DNA from: Camelus dromedarius
Taxonomy: Eukaryota
Direction of reading: 5' to 3'
DNA: 64,000 nucleotides
NCBI RefSeq assembly: GCF_036321535.1
Contig: NC_087436.1
Coordinates: forward strand, 93,808,001-93,872,000
Part shown: positions 13,420 to 27,044 of the stretch, in pieces
How the letters are laid out: every line of letters begins with the position of its first letter
Numbering within the stretch: position 1 is the first letter of the stretch
Position numbers and translations under genes: made by a program
The notes under the pieces: generated by a model
What the model was told of the DNA's origin: nothing
Databases searched by the model: none
The model's input: the letters and a program-made list of their open reading frames with translations, nothing else

Positions 13420-13560
13420 TGACACTGGGGATTTTTTTGAGTTGGTGATATTTAAAGAGATTTTTGGATTCACAGTTGATCCTGGAATGGGTGAAGACTT
13501 GAAGATGTTGGAATGAGATGAGTGTATTCTGCACATGAAACAGACATATTAGGGGGTCAG
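13420..13560 (+). mobile_element. Possible MaLR internal 3'-end fragment
   Basis: gttgatcctggaatgggtgaagactt...gacatattagggggtcag resembles MLT/MST-int ends (from recall). Confidence 0.4.
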
Positions 13561-15475
13561 ACACATGGACGTTCTCTGAGATATCTAACATGCTAGGCCA
13601 CAAAACAAGCCTGGGTAAATTTAAGACAACTGAAATCATATCAAGTATCTTTTCCAACCACAATGCTGAGACTAGAAATCAACTATTAAGAAAAAACTGT
13701 GAAGAACACAAACATGTGGAGATTAAACAATATGCTACTAAACACCCAGGATGTTACTGAAGAAATCGAAAAGGAAATCAAAAGAATACCTAAAGACAAG
13801 TGAGAGTGAAAACACAGTGATCCAAAACCTATGGGAAGCAGCAAAAGCAGTTCTAAGAGGGAAGTTTATAGCAATACAAGCTTACCTTAGGAAGCAAGAA
13901 AAATCTTGAACAACCTAACCTTACACCTAAAGCAACTAGAGAAAGAAGAACAAACAAAACCCAAAGTTAGTAGAAGGAAAAAAATCATAAAGGTTAGAAC
14001 AAAAATAAATGAAATAGAGATTAAAAAAAATAGAAAACATCAATGAAACAAAAAGCTGGCTGTCTGGAAAGATAAGCAAATCTGATAAACCTTAAGCCAG
14101 ACTCATCAAGAAAAAAAGAGAGAGCCCAAATCAATAAAATAAGAAATGAAAAAGGAGAAGTCACAACCAACACGACAGAAATACAAAGGATCATCAGAGA
14201 TTACTACGAACATCTATATGCTAATAAAATGGACAACCTGAAGAAATGGACAAATTCTTAGAAAGCCACAGTCTCCCAAGACAAAACCAGGAAGAAATAG
14301 AAAGCATGAACAGGCCAATTACCAGTACTGAAATTGAATCAGTAATTTTAAATCTCAAAAAAAAAACGAAAGTTCAGGGCCAGATGGCTTCACCAAATAT
14401 TTAGAGAAGAGTTAACTCCTATCCTTCTGAAACTATTCCAAAAAAATTGCAGAGGAACAAAAACTTCTGAACTCATTCCATGAGGCCACCATCACCCTGA
14501 TACCAAAACCAAACAAAGATATCACAAAAAAAGAAAATTAGAGGCCAATATCACTGATGAACATAGATGCAAAATCCTCAACAAAATACTAGGAAACTGA
14601 CTCCAACAATGCATTAAAAGGATCATACACCATGGTCAAGGCACATGAAAAAATGCTCAATATAGTTAATTCTCAGAGAAATTCAAATCAAACTACAATG
14701 AGATATCACCTCACACCAGTCAGAATGGCCATCATTAAAAAGTCCACAAACAATAAATGCTGGAGAGGGTGAGGAGAAAAGGGAACCCTCCTACGGTATT
14801 GGTGGGAATGTAGTTTGGTGCAGCCAGTATGGAAAACAGTATGGAGATTCCCTTAAAAACTAAAAATAGATTTACCATATGATCCAGCAATCCCACTCCT
14901 GAGAATATAGCTGGAGGAAGCTCTAATTTGAAAAGATACATGCACCCTAATGTTCATAGCAGCACTACTTACAACGGCCAAGACATGGAAACAACCTAAG
15001 TGCCCACTGAAAGATGACTTGCTTGAGATGAGGTAGAGTATATATACAATGGAATATTATTCAGCCATAAAAAGAATGAAATATTGCCATATGCAGCAAC
15101 ATGAATGGACCTAGAAAATACTATACTTAGTGAAGTAAGTAAGAGAAAAACAAATACTATATGATATATGTGGAATCTAAAAAATAATACAAATGAATCT
15201 ATATACAAAACAGAAACAGACTCACAGACATAGAAAAACAAACTCATGGTTACCAAAGGGGAAAGAGGGTGGGGAGGTATGAATCAGGAATATGGGATTA
15301 ATTAAAATAGATAAGCAACAAAGATTTACTGTATAGCACAGGGAACTATATTCAATACCTTGTAACAACCTATAATGGAAAATAATCTGAAAAAAATACA
15401 TACATAACTGAATCACTTTGCTATATATCTGAAACTAATATGATATTATAAATCAATTATAATTCAAGTAAAAAA
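13561..15475 (+). mobile_element. L1 LINE, 5'-truncated and internally deleted, degenerate ORF2 plus 3' UTR
   Basis: ORF2 endonuclease-distal and linker sequence 13561-14640, joined to the ORF2 C-terminus and a 3' UTR similar to 37430-37730. Confidence 0.9.
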
Positions 15476-15894
15476 TTAGCAATAAAGAAAAAATCCAATG
15501 AAATAAAATACTATGATGTTCCTCTATTTCTGCCATATTACATTCTTAGAAACTTTATCCCTGGGGGACAAATCAAGCCATCCACACTGATGAATTTGGT
15601 TATATTACCTGCAATAATTCTCTTTGCCACTAGATGGGATTTAGCTAACTGTGTTGAGAAGCTCGCAGAAATAAGGTTGGCTGTTAGCTACTAAAGATAG
15701 TAACTAAATAAGGAAGTGAAGAAAGAAGGGAAATATAAGTGTGATTAACATGTCCAACTTGTGAATCCACAAAGAAAAAAATGTAAGATTAAAAAGAGGG
15801 AGAAAACTATATACACATTAAGATCCTACTATAAGAATTACAGGAATAGTTCAGCTCAAGAGAAATAAGTCAAAAATAGGAGGAGACATTTTTA

Positions 15895-15940
15895 TCTAAG
15901 AATATGTGATGCCAGTCTGCTGGCATCACATATTCCTAGA
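15895..15940. repeat. Inverted repeat, 21-bp arms with a 4-nt spacer
   Basis: tctaagaatatgtgatgccag-tctg-ctggcatcacatattcctaga; one mismatch. Confidence 0.95.
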
Positions 15941-16481
15941 CTTACTCCTTATCTTGATGTCCACAGTTCAGATGAAGTATTACTGTTCTTCTTCCTGCCC
16001 TTAGTTTATGACAATATTTTACCAAGAAGCTATTATAGTTATTTGGGCTATTTTATCTCAGTCCCTGTGGGTGCCAAAAGCTAAAAGGGTCTAAGAAACA
16101 TATGTTTTCAGATAATAAGCATCCAATTTTCTCTCTACTTTCTAAGGCTATTTTATACTCTTATTTTTCTTCTACTGAAGCATAGATGTATCTAAAACTC
16201 AGGGTGTAAAGTTTAGACTCAATTTATCCAGAAATCAATCAAGTCAAAGCCCAAATGCGTTTAGCCTTATTTAACAATAACAAGAATCTTTTAGTGTACA
16301 AGAGAATGCTCCTGCCAAGTCATTGTAAAGACTAAAGAATCTAAAGTTTTAAGAAGTTAAGCTATTTGGTCATATTAAAGTCTAACAAAAAGGAAGTGAA
16401 ATGTCTTCTCCTTCTAACTTAGAAATCATAACTTTCAAAAATATTTGGTCGAGTTGTTTAGAAGAATCTTTCCTTTCTTAC

Positions 16482-16599
16482 CTATAAGGTTGTACTTTAA
16501 TCCCATGGTCTTGAAATTCCAGTGCTTTCTTAACAACAGCTTCATTTTCTTCTGGATAAACTGAGCATGTGCAGTAAACAATTGCTTGAGCTCTAGTAA
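16482..16599 (-). CDS. NSUN7: NSUN7 exon 10, (F)TRAQAIVYCTCSVYPEENEAVVKKALEFQDHGIKVQPY(R); motif VI TC
   Basis: 118 nt, AG/GT bounded; YCTCS..PEENE.VV is the NOL1/NOP2/Sun motif VI signature. Confidence 0.96.
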
Positions 16600-17130
16600 C
16601 TATATTTAAAGAAGACGGAATTAATATAATAACCCCATTAACAATCCTAAACAAATCTGCTATGCTTGCAAACACCGGTTTATACTAATACCACATGGTT
16701 TTGATAGGAATGATTTCTATAGATGCTTGCTTGGCTCCCCTTTAAAGCATGGGTTGCTTAGTAATGCAGCCTGTGCGAATAATTAAAATAAATCTAACTG
16801 GATTGTATGGAAATTGAAAATCCAATCCATGTGACCAATCTAATTACAAACACAAACAAATAAATTCTACAGATTACCATAAACTTGATACTTTCAGCCA
16901 TTCTTCCACAAGCCATAACTAGTTAAAAAGGACTCTAGAAACACACAAGACTTAGATGAGAATCCCAATTCTGTTACTGCTTCATGAACCTAGGAAAATT
17001 AATTAAACTCTCCAACTCTTCAACTGTAAAATGAAGTAATATTACTACCTGCAACTGACCCACTTACTCATACTTACCAAACACCTACTATGTGCTAGGC
17101 ACTGTTCTAGCCATTTGGGATACACAGACC

Positions 17131-17157
17131 AAAAAAAAAAAAAAAAAAAAAAAAAAA
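17131..17157. repeat. (A)27 homopolymer within an L2-like remnant
   Basis: Direct reading. Confidence 0.9.
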
Positions 17158-18160
17158 GCCCCAGGGGCTTATTTTCTGTTTCATTGACATGATAAGATAT
17201 AAACAGGAAAATTACATAGTATTAGAAGGTGAAAAAAAGCTATGAAGAAGAACAAAGCAGATATGGAGGACAGTTAGTTTCCAAAGGCGGTACTATAATT
17301 TTAAATAGATTAATCAGAGAAAGAATTTTTAAAATGTATTATCTGCCAACTTCCTAACCTTCCAACCAACTCATTTCATAGATCATATACATACTATAAT
17401 ATTCAAATTAATGTTTATTAGTAGCATCAATCAAAAGAGTAGACCACCTCTGTGTTTTCTGTTTTGCCTTATTTCTATTTCATGTATGCTATATCTTTAG
17501 GTATTAGATTACCTATATCCTATACTTACCCTCGAGACTTTGAAAGTCAGGATTTATCTGCACTCATATCCCTAACATCCAGCCTAATGCCTGACTCACA
17601 GTAGGCATTTGATAAACATGCACTGAACTGATAAATGTTTATGTAATTTCTCAGAGAATTCTAGATTTCCATACCCATGTGTGGAAGAGCAGTGACACCC
17701 AAAATCTAAATGGTAGGCTACAGATAGGCTTTATCTGTAATTGCATCTCTCTATTTTCTTTTTAGTACTAAGAGAAATAAGAGTTTGATTAAAATTTGGA
17801 TTGTAGAAGAGTTGTTAGGGGCAGGTACAATGACAATTGAAAAATTATATCAAGTAAGAAAACAAAGAAAAGAAATAGAGAAAATGAAACTGTCCAACAA
17901 TAAATGTACATAATTATTTCACTTCAGCATTAAGAAACTGTTCATTGTTCTTGCTAACCTCTTAAAAATGATAGTAAAGCATATAGTTTTAAGACTTAAA
18001 TTGGTAAAAAACAAATTGACAGTTGAAGGCACTAAGACTGAGTGTTCCGGAAAATTCACTCATGGTTCACACATCATTGCCCAATTATAATAGATAAATT
18101 AAGTATTAATGTTTCTCAGATTTACAACATATTTTCAGGTTGCACTGATAACAAACTTAC

Positions 18161-18262
18161 ATTTCATTGCATGTGTTAGCTGTTCATACTGCTGTTGAGC
18201 AAGAACATGAAGTTTATCTTCTGATGTGCCTCCTTGGGAGAAATCTTTAAGTAAACCTGTAT
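18161..18262 (-). CDS. NSUN7: NSUN7 exon 9, (D)TGLLKDFSQGGTSEDKLHVLAQQQYEQLTHAMK
   Basis: 102 nt, ttttag| ... T|gtaagt; translated by hand (too short for the ORF track). Confidence 0.95.
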
Positions 18263-21202
18263 CTAAAAGCAAATAAATGCTTTTAAATATATCACTATTA
18301 GATGTTTTTCATATATTGCTATTGTCACATTATTTAATTTTTAAATATTTTCCCTACTAATGAGAGTTTTCATGGAAAATATTTATAAAACTGAATAGTA
18401 TTATAAAAATGCTGACTTAAATTTTTTAAAAATGAATTGATAAAGGTAATTTTGCTTGGTTTCAATATTAGTTTTCCTTTTTTCTCCAGGTTCTCATGAG
18501 ATAGTTGTCCAATTAGCCAAAATTAAGTCATTTAGGTACAGAAGTAGAATGCAGTCCGTCTGGAGACTACTAGAGGGAAAAAAGATTTATTTTCCAAGGT
18601 AGAAACTGATGGGCTATAGTCAGATCTGAGTAAGAAAGAACACAAAAGGATACAGTTAAAAACATTAACTTACTAAAAGAAATTTTGGAAGAAAAAACTT
18701 CAGGGAAGCAAACGTGCATCCTCATAATAGATCAAGAAACAACAGATCAAGAAATTTGTACAGTAATTTTTTTAAATTTCGAAAACTATTTTTAACATAT
18801 TTCTTCATAATATTAACTAAGATACCAAATACTACTTTATGTAGATTATTTTATTCAGCAATCCTGTGAAGCATTATCATCCCTTTTAACACTGAGAGAA
18901 CTATTCAAGCATACACACATTAAACAGCTTGTCTAAGGTTACATAGCTACTAGTTTAGAGCCAGGTTCTAGCTCAGAAATCTGACCAGAGTCCAAACTTC
19001 TAACCTCTGTTTTATTCTCCTCTCAGTAACTTCCTGGAATGTGGGAGCCAATTATTTATACCATATATTTGACTGTTTCCCATCCAAGTTATATCACTAA
19101 AGGTTAATTAAACTCCATTTCTTCCCGATTTAGTTTTACACTTCACATTTTTCTAAATCTATTCACTACTTTTTAAAGGACTATTTATACATTATTATAC
19201 TCTAAAACTGTATCAGTTTGCCTTTTTCATTCCATTTAAAAATAAGTCCAAGTTGTTAGCAAAGACCAACTTCATATATTCCTCAAACATGATTTTTATG
19301 ATAAGCATTCTAAAAATGGTTGTAATATTTTTCAATGTTAAAGTGGTTTTCAAATTAATTCATGATTTTTCATGGATCTAAGTCTTTTAGTTTCATCCCC
19401 ACTAGATCTATGACTAGTATTTCTATAACCACTAGGTCAACAGTTCCTTATTTGCTCTGGCATTACCTCCTCAGAGCAGTTTCCTTCAAAATCCTCCTTT
19501 TTTTCTGGGCATGCCAAAGACCACCTCTAGGCTTATCCTCACCCCTTCACCAAGGTTTTCAAAATATTACCACTATCTAGGAGGCATTTTACTCTCTCTC
19601 CTTCTGTCATTTGTAGTTCCCTTTGGGCTCTTGCCCCCAGCCTCTCGGTTATTTTTACCCATGGTTTATTGTATTCTGCATTTCTGCTGCAAGATGCCCA
19701 GGAAAAGGCCAGAGTCTCCTGCTTCTCGTCACTGCAATGCTTACTGCAGCTGCAGCTATTTCTTCCCTTGTTCTTTCAAAAGTCTACTCATTCTTCTTTG
19801 ATCATTTCCCAAAGTTAGTGTAGGAATTTTCTCCATCTACCATTCTCCCATCTGAGTTGGTTATTCTTCTGTTTAACTCTCTTAGAAAGAAATTTCTTGT
19901 AGCAAGACAGAATTCCACATGGATCAGTGTGCAAGCTCAGTTAAAAGTTGTGCGGTATATGGAATTCTTTGCATGGTGTAGAGCGGAATGTGCTAACTAA
20001 TCTGAATTTGAATCCCAGCTTCCCCATTTTCTAGCTACATAACCTCAGGCAACTTGCTAAATTTCTCTGAACCTTGGGGTTTTCCCCCCTTTATAAAATA
20101 GATAATAAAATAATACTATACTTACAAAGTTATTGTGAATATTAAGTTACAGTGCATGAACACTGCCTAGAGTACGGACTGGGACATAGTTTTACTCAAT
20201 AAATACTAGTTTCTTTCTCTCAATTTCTTTCTCTCCATTTTTAATTGTCTTTGCTAGAAATAGGAAACAGCTACTCAGCATATTCTGAATGCTAGTGGAA
20301 TATCTTCTTCATCCAATAGTCTAGTTAACCTTAACTATACCTTTCAACATAAACAAAGGATCATAGTAAGAATCAGTTTTGGTTAATATACTGTGATTAA
20401 GAACATGGGGCAGAGCCAGAGCAGTTGTGTTTGAATCCAGGCTCTGAAACTTAACTAGTCAAAAGACTCTGGGAGGCTTCAACCTCTCTGAGCCTCAGAT
20501 TCTGTATCTATAAAAGAGAAATAATAAGAGTAGCCACTTCATTCAGTTACTGTGAGGATTAGATGAAATAATCCAAGCAGAGTGCTCAGTTCAGTGCCTT
20601 ACATGTGAGTGCTCAAAAAATGTTAATGTTAAACGGTATTAAAGAAGCAAATAAAATATTCCCAGAATTAATATTTAATCTGAGGTATTCATATGATAAA
20701 ACATACATACTAGGGGTGAAAGAAGTCTTGAATTTCAAATAGTCTGATTATGATCTAATTGGGATCACCTTAGAGTACAGGCAGGTCTAAATCTGAATCC
20801 TAGCTCTGTTACTAACTAGTTACGTGATCTTACAAAAATGAGTGACTCTTTCTGAGTCTCAATTTTTTCATCTATAAAATGCTGATGAATTTTAATGCCC
20901 ATATCTTGAGCTCTGGTCTATACCAGAATAGCATACAAGCCAGCATCTGTTCAGATTGCCTACATCACTCCAATTATTAAACATTTTTAATATCTCCCCT
21001 GCCCATACCTCACAGAATTGGTGTAAAGATTAAATGAGGTAATGTATGTAAAATACTTTATTAACATAGTAAGTGTTTTATATAGGGTAGCTATTCATTA
21101 ATCAGATGTATCTGATATGTCATTTTAATGATTTTAAACAATTTTATTTTAAAAACATTAACAAATTTCAATAATTTAGAACTTAAAAATTAAAACAAGT
21201 AC

Positions 21203-21346
21203 CTTCATGCTCGTTTAAAATGAATTCTACTGGATTACTAATACCCAGTCCTGAACAACGAGGTAGCAGCAGAATAACTTTAACTTTCTGTAATCTATGA
21301 TCCTTTGATTCAAGGTTAATAAATGTCTCATGAAGTATTTCAATAT
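21203..21346 (-). CDS. NSUN7: NSUN7 exon 8, (N)IEILHETFINLESKDHRLQKVKVILLLPRCSGLGISNPVEFILNEHE; motif IV region
   Basis: 144 nt, ttcctcccag| ... G|gtactt; phases consistent. Confidence 0.95.
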
Positions 21347-22214
21347 CTGGGAGGAAAAACACAGAAAATTAATGTAAAAATATTAATTAAAAATCTTAAT
21401 GCAGTATGTAATTATACCTATTTATCTTAATTCAGTTTAAATCCTTAACTGCACAAAGTCATTTTAATGTAGTCAGAAAAGAGGGCTATTCTTCTCTGAT
21501 AATATCCCAAGGTTAATACATGAATTCTCTTAAGAGTTCTTTCTCCTTCACTTCAGACAACAATTTTGAATTTTAATAAATATCTTCTACATAAAATATA
21601 ATTTAAAGTTCCCATTCTGAACTTCAGATTCTATTTAACGCAAGATGATATAGTGGAGGGAAATAGGTTTTGGAGGCAGAAATACCCAAGTCTGACTCCC
21701 AACTTCACTATTTACTATCTGTGTGGCTTAATTTCTCTAAGCCTCCATTTCCTTATTTATAAAATAGGATAATAATGCCTACACTTCCTCTAATTGTAGT
21801 AAAGATTGAGATAAGGTAGTTAGGCTTAGCATGGTGCCCAGTATATAGTAAATGCTCAGTATTGGTTATTTCTCTTTCTCATTTTTTATCCCTGTTTACA
21901 TTCTATTTTCCCCAGGAAAAAAAAATAGGTATTTTTAGTAGCATGTATGAGGCACAATCTAAAGTCCCTTAGGGACCTTATAATTTAGTTTAAGAGTCTG
22001 CCCTCCCTCGGGTTATAACAATCTGCGACCCTATTTTGAGGCCATCCCTCCACTTCTGCAATGGATCCCATTCCCCTCACCGGCTGAGGAGTCACTCTGG
22101 AAACTGCCCTACCCAACCCTTTTCTCTTGTCTGATCAACTTTTCCCTCTTTCTAGTCTGTCTCTTGTGAAACAAATCTTTTTCAATCAAGTGGGCCCCTT
22201 CCTTTCCCCCTTAT

Positions 22215-24360
22215 TTTTAACTTTTATTGGAAAAGTTCAAACATACACAAAAATAGACATAATATGTAATAAATTCTCAAGTACCCATTATGGCGCTTCA
22301 ACAGAGAGCCATTCATGCCCATATACTGCACCCATTTCCACTCCTCCACATTATTTTGAATCTGTAAAATATTTCACCATATATCTCTGAAAGATAGGAA
22401 CTTAAAAAATACAACCACATACATTTAAAAAAGTAATTTTTTATTATCATCAAATAATAATGACATCCCGTCATGGCTCAAATTTTCCAAGTTTCACACA
22501 TGTCAAAATTTTTTTTACAGTTTGTTTGAATCAGGATTTAGATAAGGTATATCATTGCAATTGGCTGACATCTTATTTTAAATTTCTTTTTATTGATAGG
22601 TACCTTTTCCACTTTTTCTTATCATTTATTTCTTAATGAAGTATGCTTATTTGTACTACTAGAGTTTTCCAGAGTCTGGATTTTGCTAATTGCTTTCCCA
22701 GAGTGTAGTTTAACATGTTCCTGTCTTCTGTGCTTCCTATAAATTAGTAGTTGGATCTTTAGAGCCTAAATAATTCAGGGTTTATGTGTGTGTGTCACAA
22801 AACTACTTCACAAGTGGCGTCATATTCATCCATTAAATTGCCTTTATGGTAACTAGTCATATTCTAATTCTGTCTTCCCTTTTTTATTTGCCAGCGGGAA
22901 TATTTCTAAAAGAAGAAACTTCTCTTCCTCTACTGCTTGGTTACCCAGTGGCTCCTACTCTCTCTTTAACTAGGTAAAAATTCAAAGGGCTAATAAACCT
23001 GAAGTGAAATGCTAGATCATAGGGCATGTATATTTTCAATTTTAGAGATTAATGCTGGTTTTCCAAAGTCACTGTACAACATGTACAGTCCTACCAGCAG
23101 TGTTTGAGCATTCCCAATGCTCCCTACCTTGCCAGGACGTTGTACTGCCATCTCTTCAATTTTAATCATTGTGGATATGTGGTATGTTGTGGTAAGTTGT
23201 GATTTTAATTGCATTTCCCTGACTAGTAATGGAGTGAGGCACTTTTACATAAGGTTTTTTGGCCTTTATATATTCTCTTTCGTAAAAAGCTCAGTCTTGT
23301 CTCTTTTATATTTTTCAGTTGGGCTGTCTTTTTTCATATGAAGATTTGTTTAATAGTCTCTGACTTCAGTTGTTTCTTTTGAAAAGTTAATTCTTAGTTT
23401 TATTGTTATTTCATTGAAGGTAACATGTATTATCTCCCTGGCTGCTCTTTGTTTTTGGTTTTCAGCAGTTATGCTATGATGTGCTTACTATGTTTTTTAT
23501 GCATTTACTCTTACTGGAGTTCATAGGGCTTCTTGAATCTGTGGTCTTCATCCATTTTGAAAAATTCCCGGCCTGAGTTTCACATATTGTGTCTTCTCAA
23601 TTCCTTTTCTCCTCTCTTTCTGGGTTCCCAATAACAACATAACATGAGATCACTGGATCACTGAGTCTCACGTGTCCTTTAGTATCTCTTCTATATTATT
23701 CATCCTTTTGTCTCCCGATGGATAGCTTCTTATGACTTGTCAGTTTACTTATTCTTCTTTAGCTCTAATCTACTGTTAAATCTATTTTTTAATTTCATAT
23801 ATTGTAGTTTTCAGTTCTAGAATTTTCTTTTGACATTTTATTACAGTTTCCAGTTCTCTGCTAAAATTCTACTTGTCATTTAGTCTCTTTAGCACATTAA
23901 TCAGTTATTTTAAAATCCGCATCTGATACCTCCAGTACATGGATCTTCTGTGAGTTTGCTTCTATTGCAGTGCTTTTCTCTTTATTTCACTCATATCTTT
24001 CTTCTTTTTTGTGTGATTATTTTTTTATTGAGTGCCACACTGCATTTGAAAAAACTTTAGGAGGTAATATGAAATCTGGGATGTTATTACTTTCTTTCAG
24101 AGAGAATCTGTTTTTGCCTCTGCTAGGCAGGTAAGCCTGGGCACTAACAGTCCCAGAACACCTTAAGCCACCTGGGAATTGAGATGATTGGAATCTGAGT
24201 TTCGATTCATCAGAGGGCTGATCACTACCGAGAGTATATACTCTTCCGCGCTCCAAGTGAAATTCTGAGTATTTACAAGTCTACCTCTCCATGTTAAGCC
24301 CTAAATTCTACTTATTGTCCCTCTGACCCTGTGAATCTATTGAAAGTTTTAGTTTTTTAG
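22215..24360 (-). mobile_element. Old L1 (L1MC/L1ME-like) fragments
   Basis: T-rich antisense L1 3' end, ORF2 C-terminal remnant (ORF 23017..23214) and decayed ORF1-region sequence. Confidence 0.6.
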
Positions 24361-24803
24361 CCTCACTGAACCTATAATAAAATGTTATTTTTTTGTCACA
24401 GCATGATCCAATGGAAAAATTTTTTTTTGAATAAGAAGCCTAAGGGACTCAGCATCCGGTCCTAGACATTATCTCTGTCCCTTAAGCATGCCTGTGATTG
24501 TGTTATTATTTATTAAAACATGATAACTTCTGCTACTTACTTTAATTGTTGTCTGAACATCGAATTATAGTAGCTAAATATCAAGCAATATACCAAAGTG
24601 CCAATACATTTATTAATTTAAACTGCAGTTGTTTACTAATATTAAGAAACAAGAACAGCCTGATATAATATGAATTAGTGAGGATTTTAGGAGTATAGTT
24701 CATGTATAGAGTTTTACATTACAGAGATAACATATGCAAGTGTTTTTTAACATTCTAAATCTTACAGAACATAAACACCAAAGAAAAAAACATTTGTACA
24801 TAC

Positions 24804-25014
24804 TTTTACATCCCATTTTTGTGAAAAGGTTCTTCAGGTCAGGATCCTTAGCTTGTGATTGTACTCCACACACAAATATTTTTGAGGTATTATTATTTGT
24901 TAAGACTGACATATGGGCAACAGTGTACCACGAACCTGTATTGACCATTAAGATATCATCATCCATGTTTAATAAAGCCTTTACAGAATGGACAGCGAGA
25001 CTTCGAGATTTGTC
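24804..25014 (-). CDS. NSUN7: NSUN7 exon 7, DKSRSLAVHSVKALLNMDDDILMVNTGSWYTVAHMSVLTNNNTSKIFVCGVQSQAKDPDLKNLFTKMGCK
   Basis: 211 nt, cttgtag| ... A|gtatgt; overlaps ORF 24700..24966. Confidence 0.96.
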
Positions 25015-26111
25015 CTACAAGATAATGGTATGATTAGGATTTCAAAGGGTTTGACGAGAAGCACGTACTGACTTTTTACCTTGAGTTAAAAAAAAGTATT
25101 AGATACCTAAACCATCTGAGTTTAAAACATCTTAATATAAAGTTAACAAAGATAAATGATATAAACTGATTTAAAACAACACCCTAACTTTGTTAAGCCT
25201 AAATTATGACTATTATTATTTATCTTCTATACAGTGATAAAGCAAAAATCCCCAAAGTGTGATTAATAGATTATTGATGTCCTGCCTTAGTTCCCATTCT
25301 TAAGCCTTTGTGAAAATGCAATCTGCTAATGCCATTTTTCCTTTCCCATTACATTATCATCTAAATTGCTGCTAGTTCACAGAAATGAAAAGATGGTTTA
25401 TAAGCTTAATAAAAGGGGACTACACAGACATTGATCTCTGCTCAACAGGCTGTGACTACAAAATAAGGCCAAGAGACTCTGCCCAAGAATGTGGGTGCAG
25501 TGAAGGGATGAACCTTAGAAGACTAAAGTGAATCTGAGGCAAGGATTGGAATCTAAACACATAAAAACTAACTTAACCTAATTTCTATGACCTTTTATTT
25601 TTCATTCTACTGAAACCACATTCTACCTCACATTCTCTTCCTGCACTGATAGCCATTACACACATCTTACAAATCAAAGCTTTAAGACAATAGTAAAGAG
25701 ATACAGGGAAAGTATTATACATCGCATTGTCAAATGTAGGATGGCACTAGCATGTTCCCCAGAAATGGAAGGAAGAAAAGGAATCATTGTACCTTCGCCT
25801 GAATTCTCCCTTGGCAAAAATATAGCCTTTCAGCTGCAGGCAATAAAAGTTCCCCCATCTATGGAGTCTAGGAAGGAGAATATGTTTTTTTACCATATGG
25901 CCACTTCACATGGGGAAAGGATGCCAAAGTATTACAGGAACACTGATTGTAGGGGCATTAATTTTTATTTCAGGTGAAAATTAGGCCTTATAAACCTCCT
26001 TGATAACTTATATAAAATATAACTCACTTGTTAAGTTTTATTTTTAAGTGGAGGAATTCTTTGGGTAAGTAAGATTACTGAGAATCACAATGAAAGTAAA
26101 TGTTAGTTTAC

Positions 26112-26295
26112 CTGAAATATAAGTTTATAATCTTTGAAAAGATCTGTATTTAGAAGATCACTTTTAAGATGAGATGGAAAAATTAATACATCATAGCAAT
26201 GTTGATCCACAGCAAAGACTTTGTCATCAATATGCAATATAGATTCGACTTTATTATAGCCTTTTTTCTTCAAACTATGATAAACTTCTTCAGGG
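26112..26295 (-). CDS. NSUN7: NSUN7 exon 6, (S)PEEVYHSLKKKGYNKVESILHIDDKVFAVDQHCYDVLIFPSHLKSDLLNTDLFKDYKLIFQ
   Basis: 184 nt, tttacag| ... CAG|gtaaac; overlaps ORF 26103..26339. Confidence 0.96.
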
Positions 26296-26622
26296 CTGTA
26301 AATATACAACATTAGGTTGTAATTACAAATATAATACATTAAAATGTATTTAACATTAACATCTTCTCCCTACAATAAATTAAAATATCACTGTATATAT
26401 TGCATCTAATGGAACTTATAATTTTAGTCAAAAGTAAGTTAAAAAATAGAGACAAAAAATATATTTATGTAATTAATCTGGTAATCTGGTGATAAGATCC
26501 TGAACTAAACTATGATTCTCCAATCACTCCCCCACCCATTAAAAAGGTAATATTTCTTATCACATTATTTTGAAAGACAAGTGACTTAAAATATAAATAA
26601 AGAATCTGATTAAAACTCTTAC

Positions 26623-26775
26623 CTGATTTTACAAGTATTTATCCAAGCATAAAGCGGCAAAGTAGAGGCCCTTAGTTCCTGGTTCCTAATGGTTTCTGGA
26701 AGAATGTGGTAAATTGAAAGGGCATCATGTTTGATCCGACATCTTGCCAATGCCGCAGCCAATTTTGTCTTAAAA
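26623..26775 (-). CDS. NSUN7: NSUN7 exon 5, (S)FKTKLAAALARCRIKHDALSIYHILPETIRNQELRASTLPLYAWINTCKI(S)
   Basis: 153 nt, ctctctctag| ... AG|gtaaga; translated by hand. Confidence 0.95.
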
Positions 26776-27044
26776 CTAGAGAGAGAAAAGCCATTCTTGG
26801 TGACTACTGCATTGAAGAAAAGACTATCAATTTTCCACTAGAAACATTAACAAATTAGATTTAGAATTTTAACAAATACTTTTATAATTCTATTTCAAAA
26901 TTTTCAAGTCTAAAATAAAAATTTGCCATATTTAAAAATAGAAATCCAATAATCCTGCTTCTTTTTTCCAGTTTTTGCTACCACTGTATAGTTGTATTAT
27001 CTCCTCAGATATTTATAGCAATTGCTGGTTGAGAAAAAATTTTA

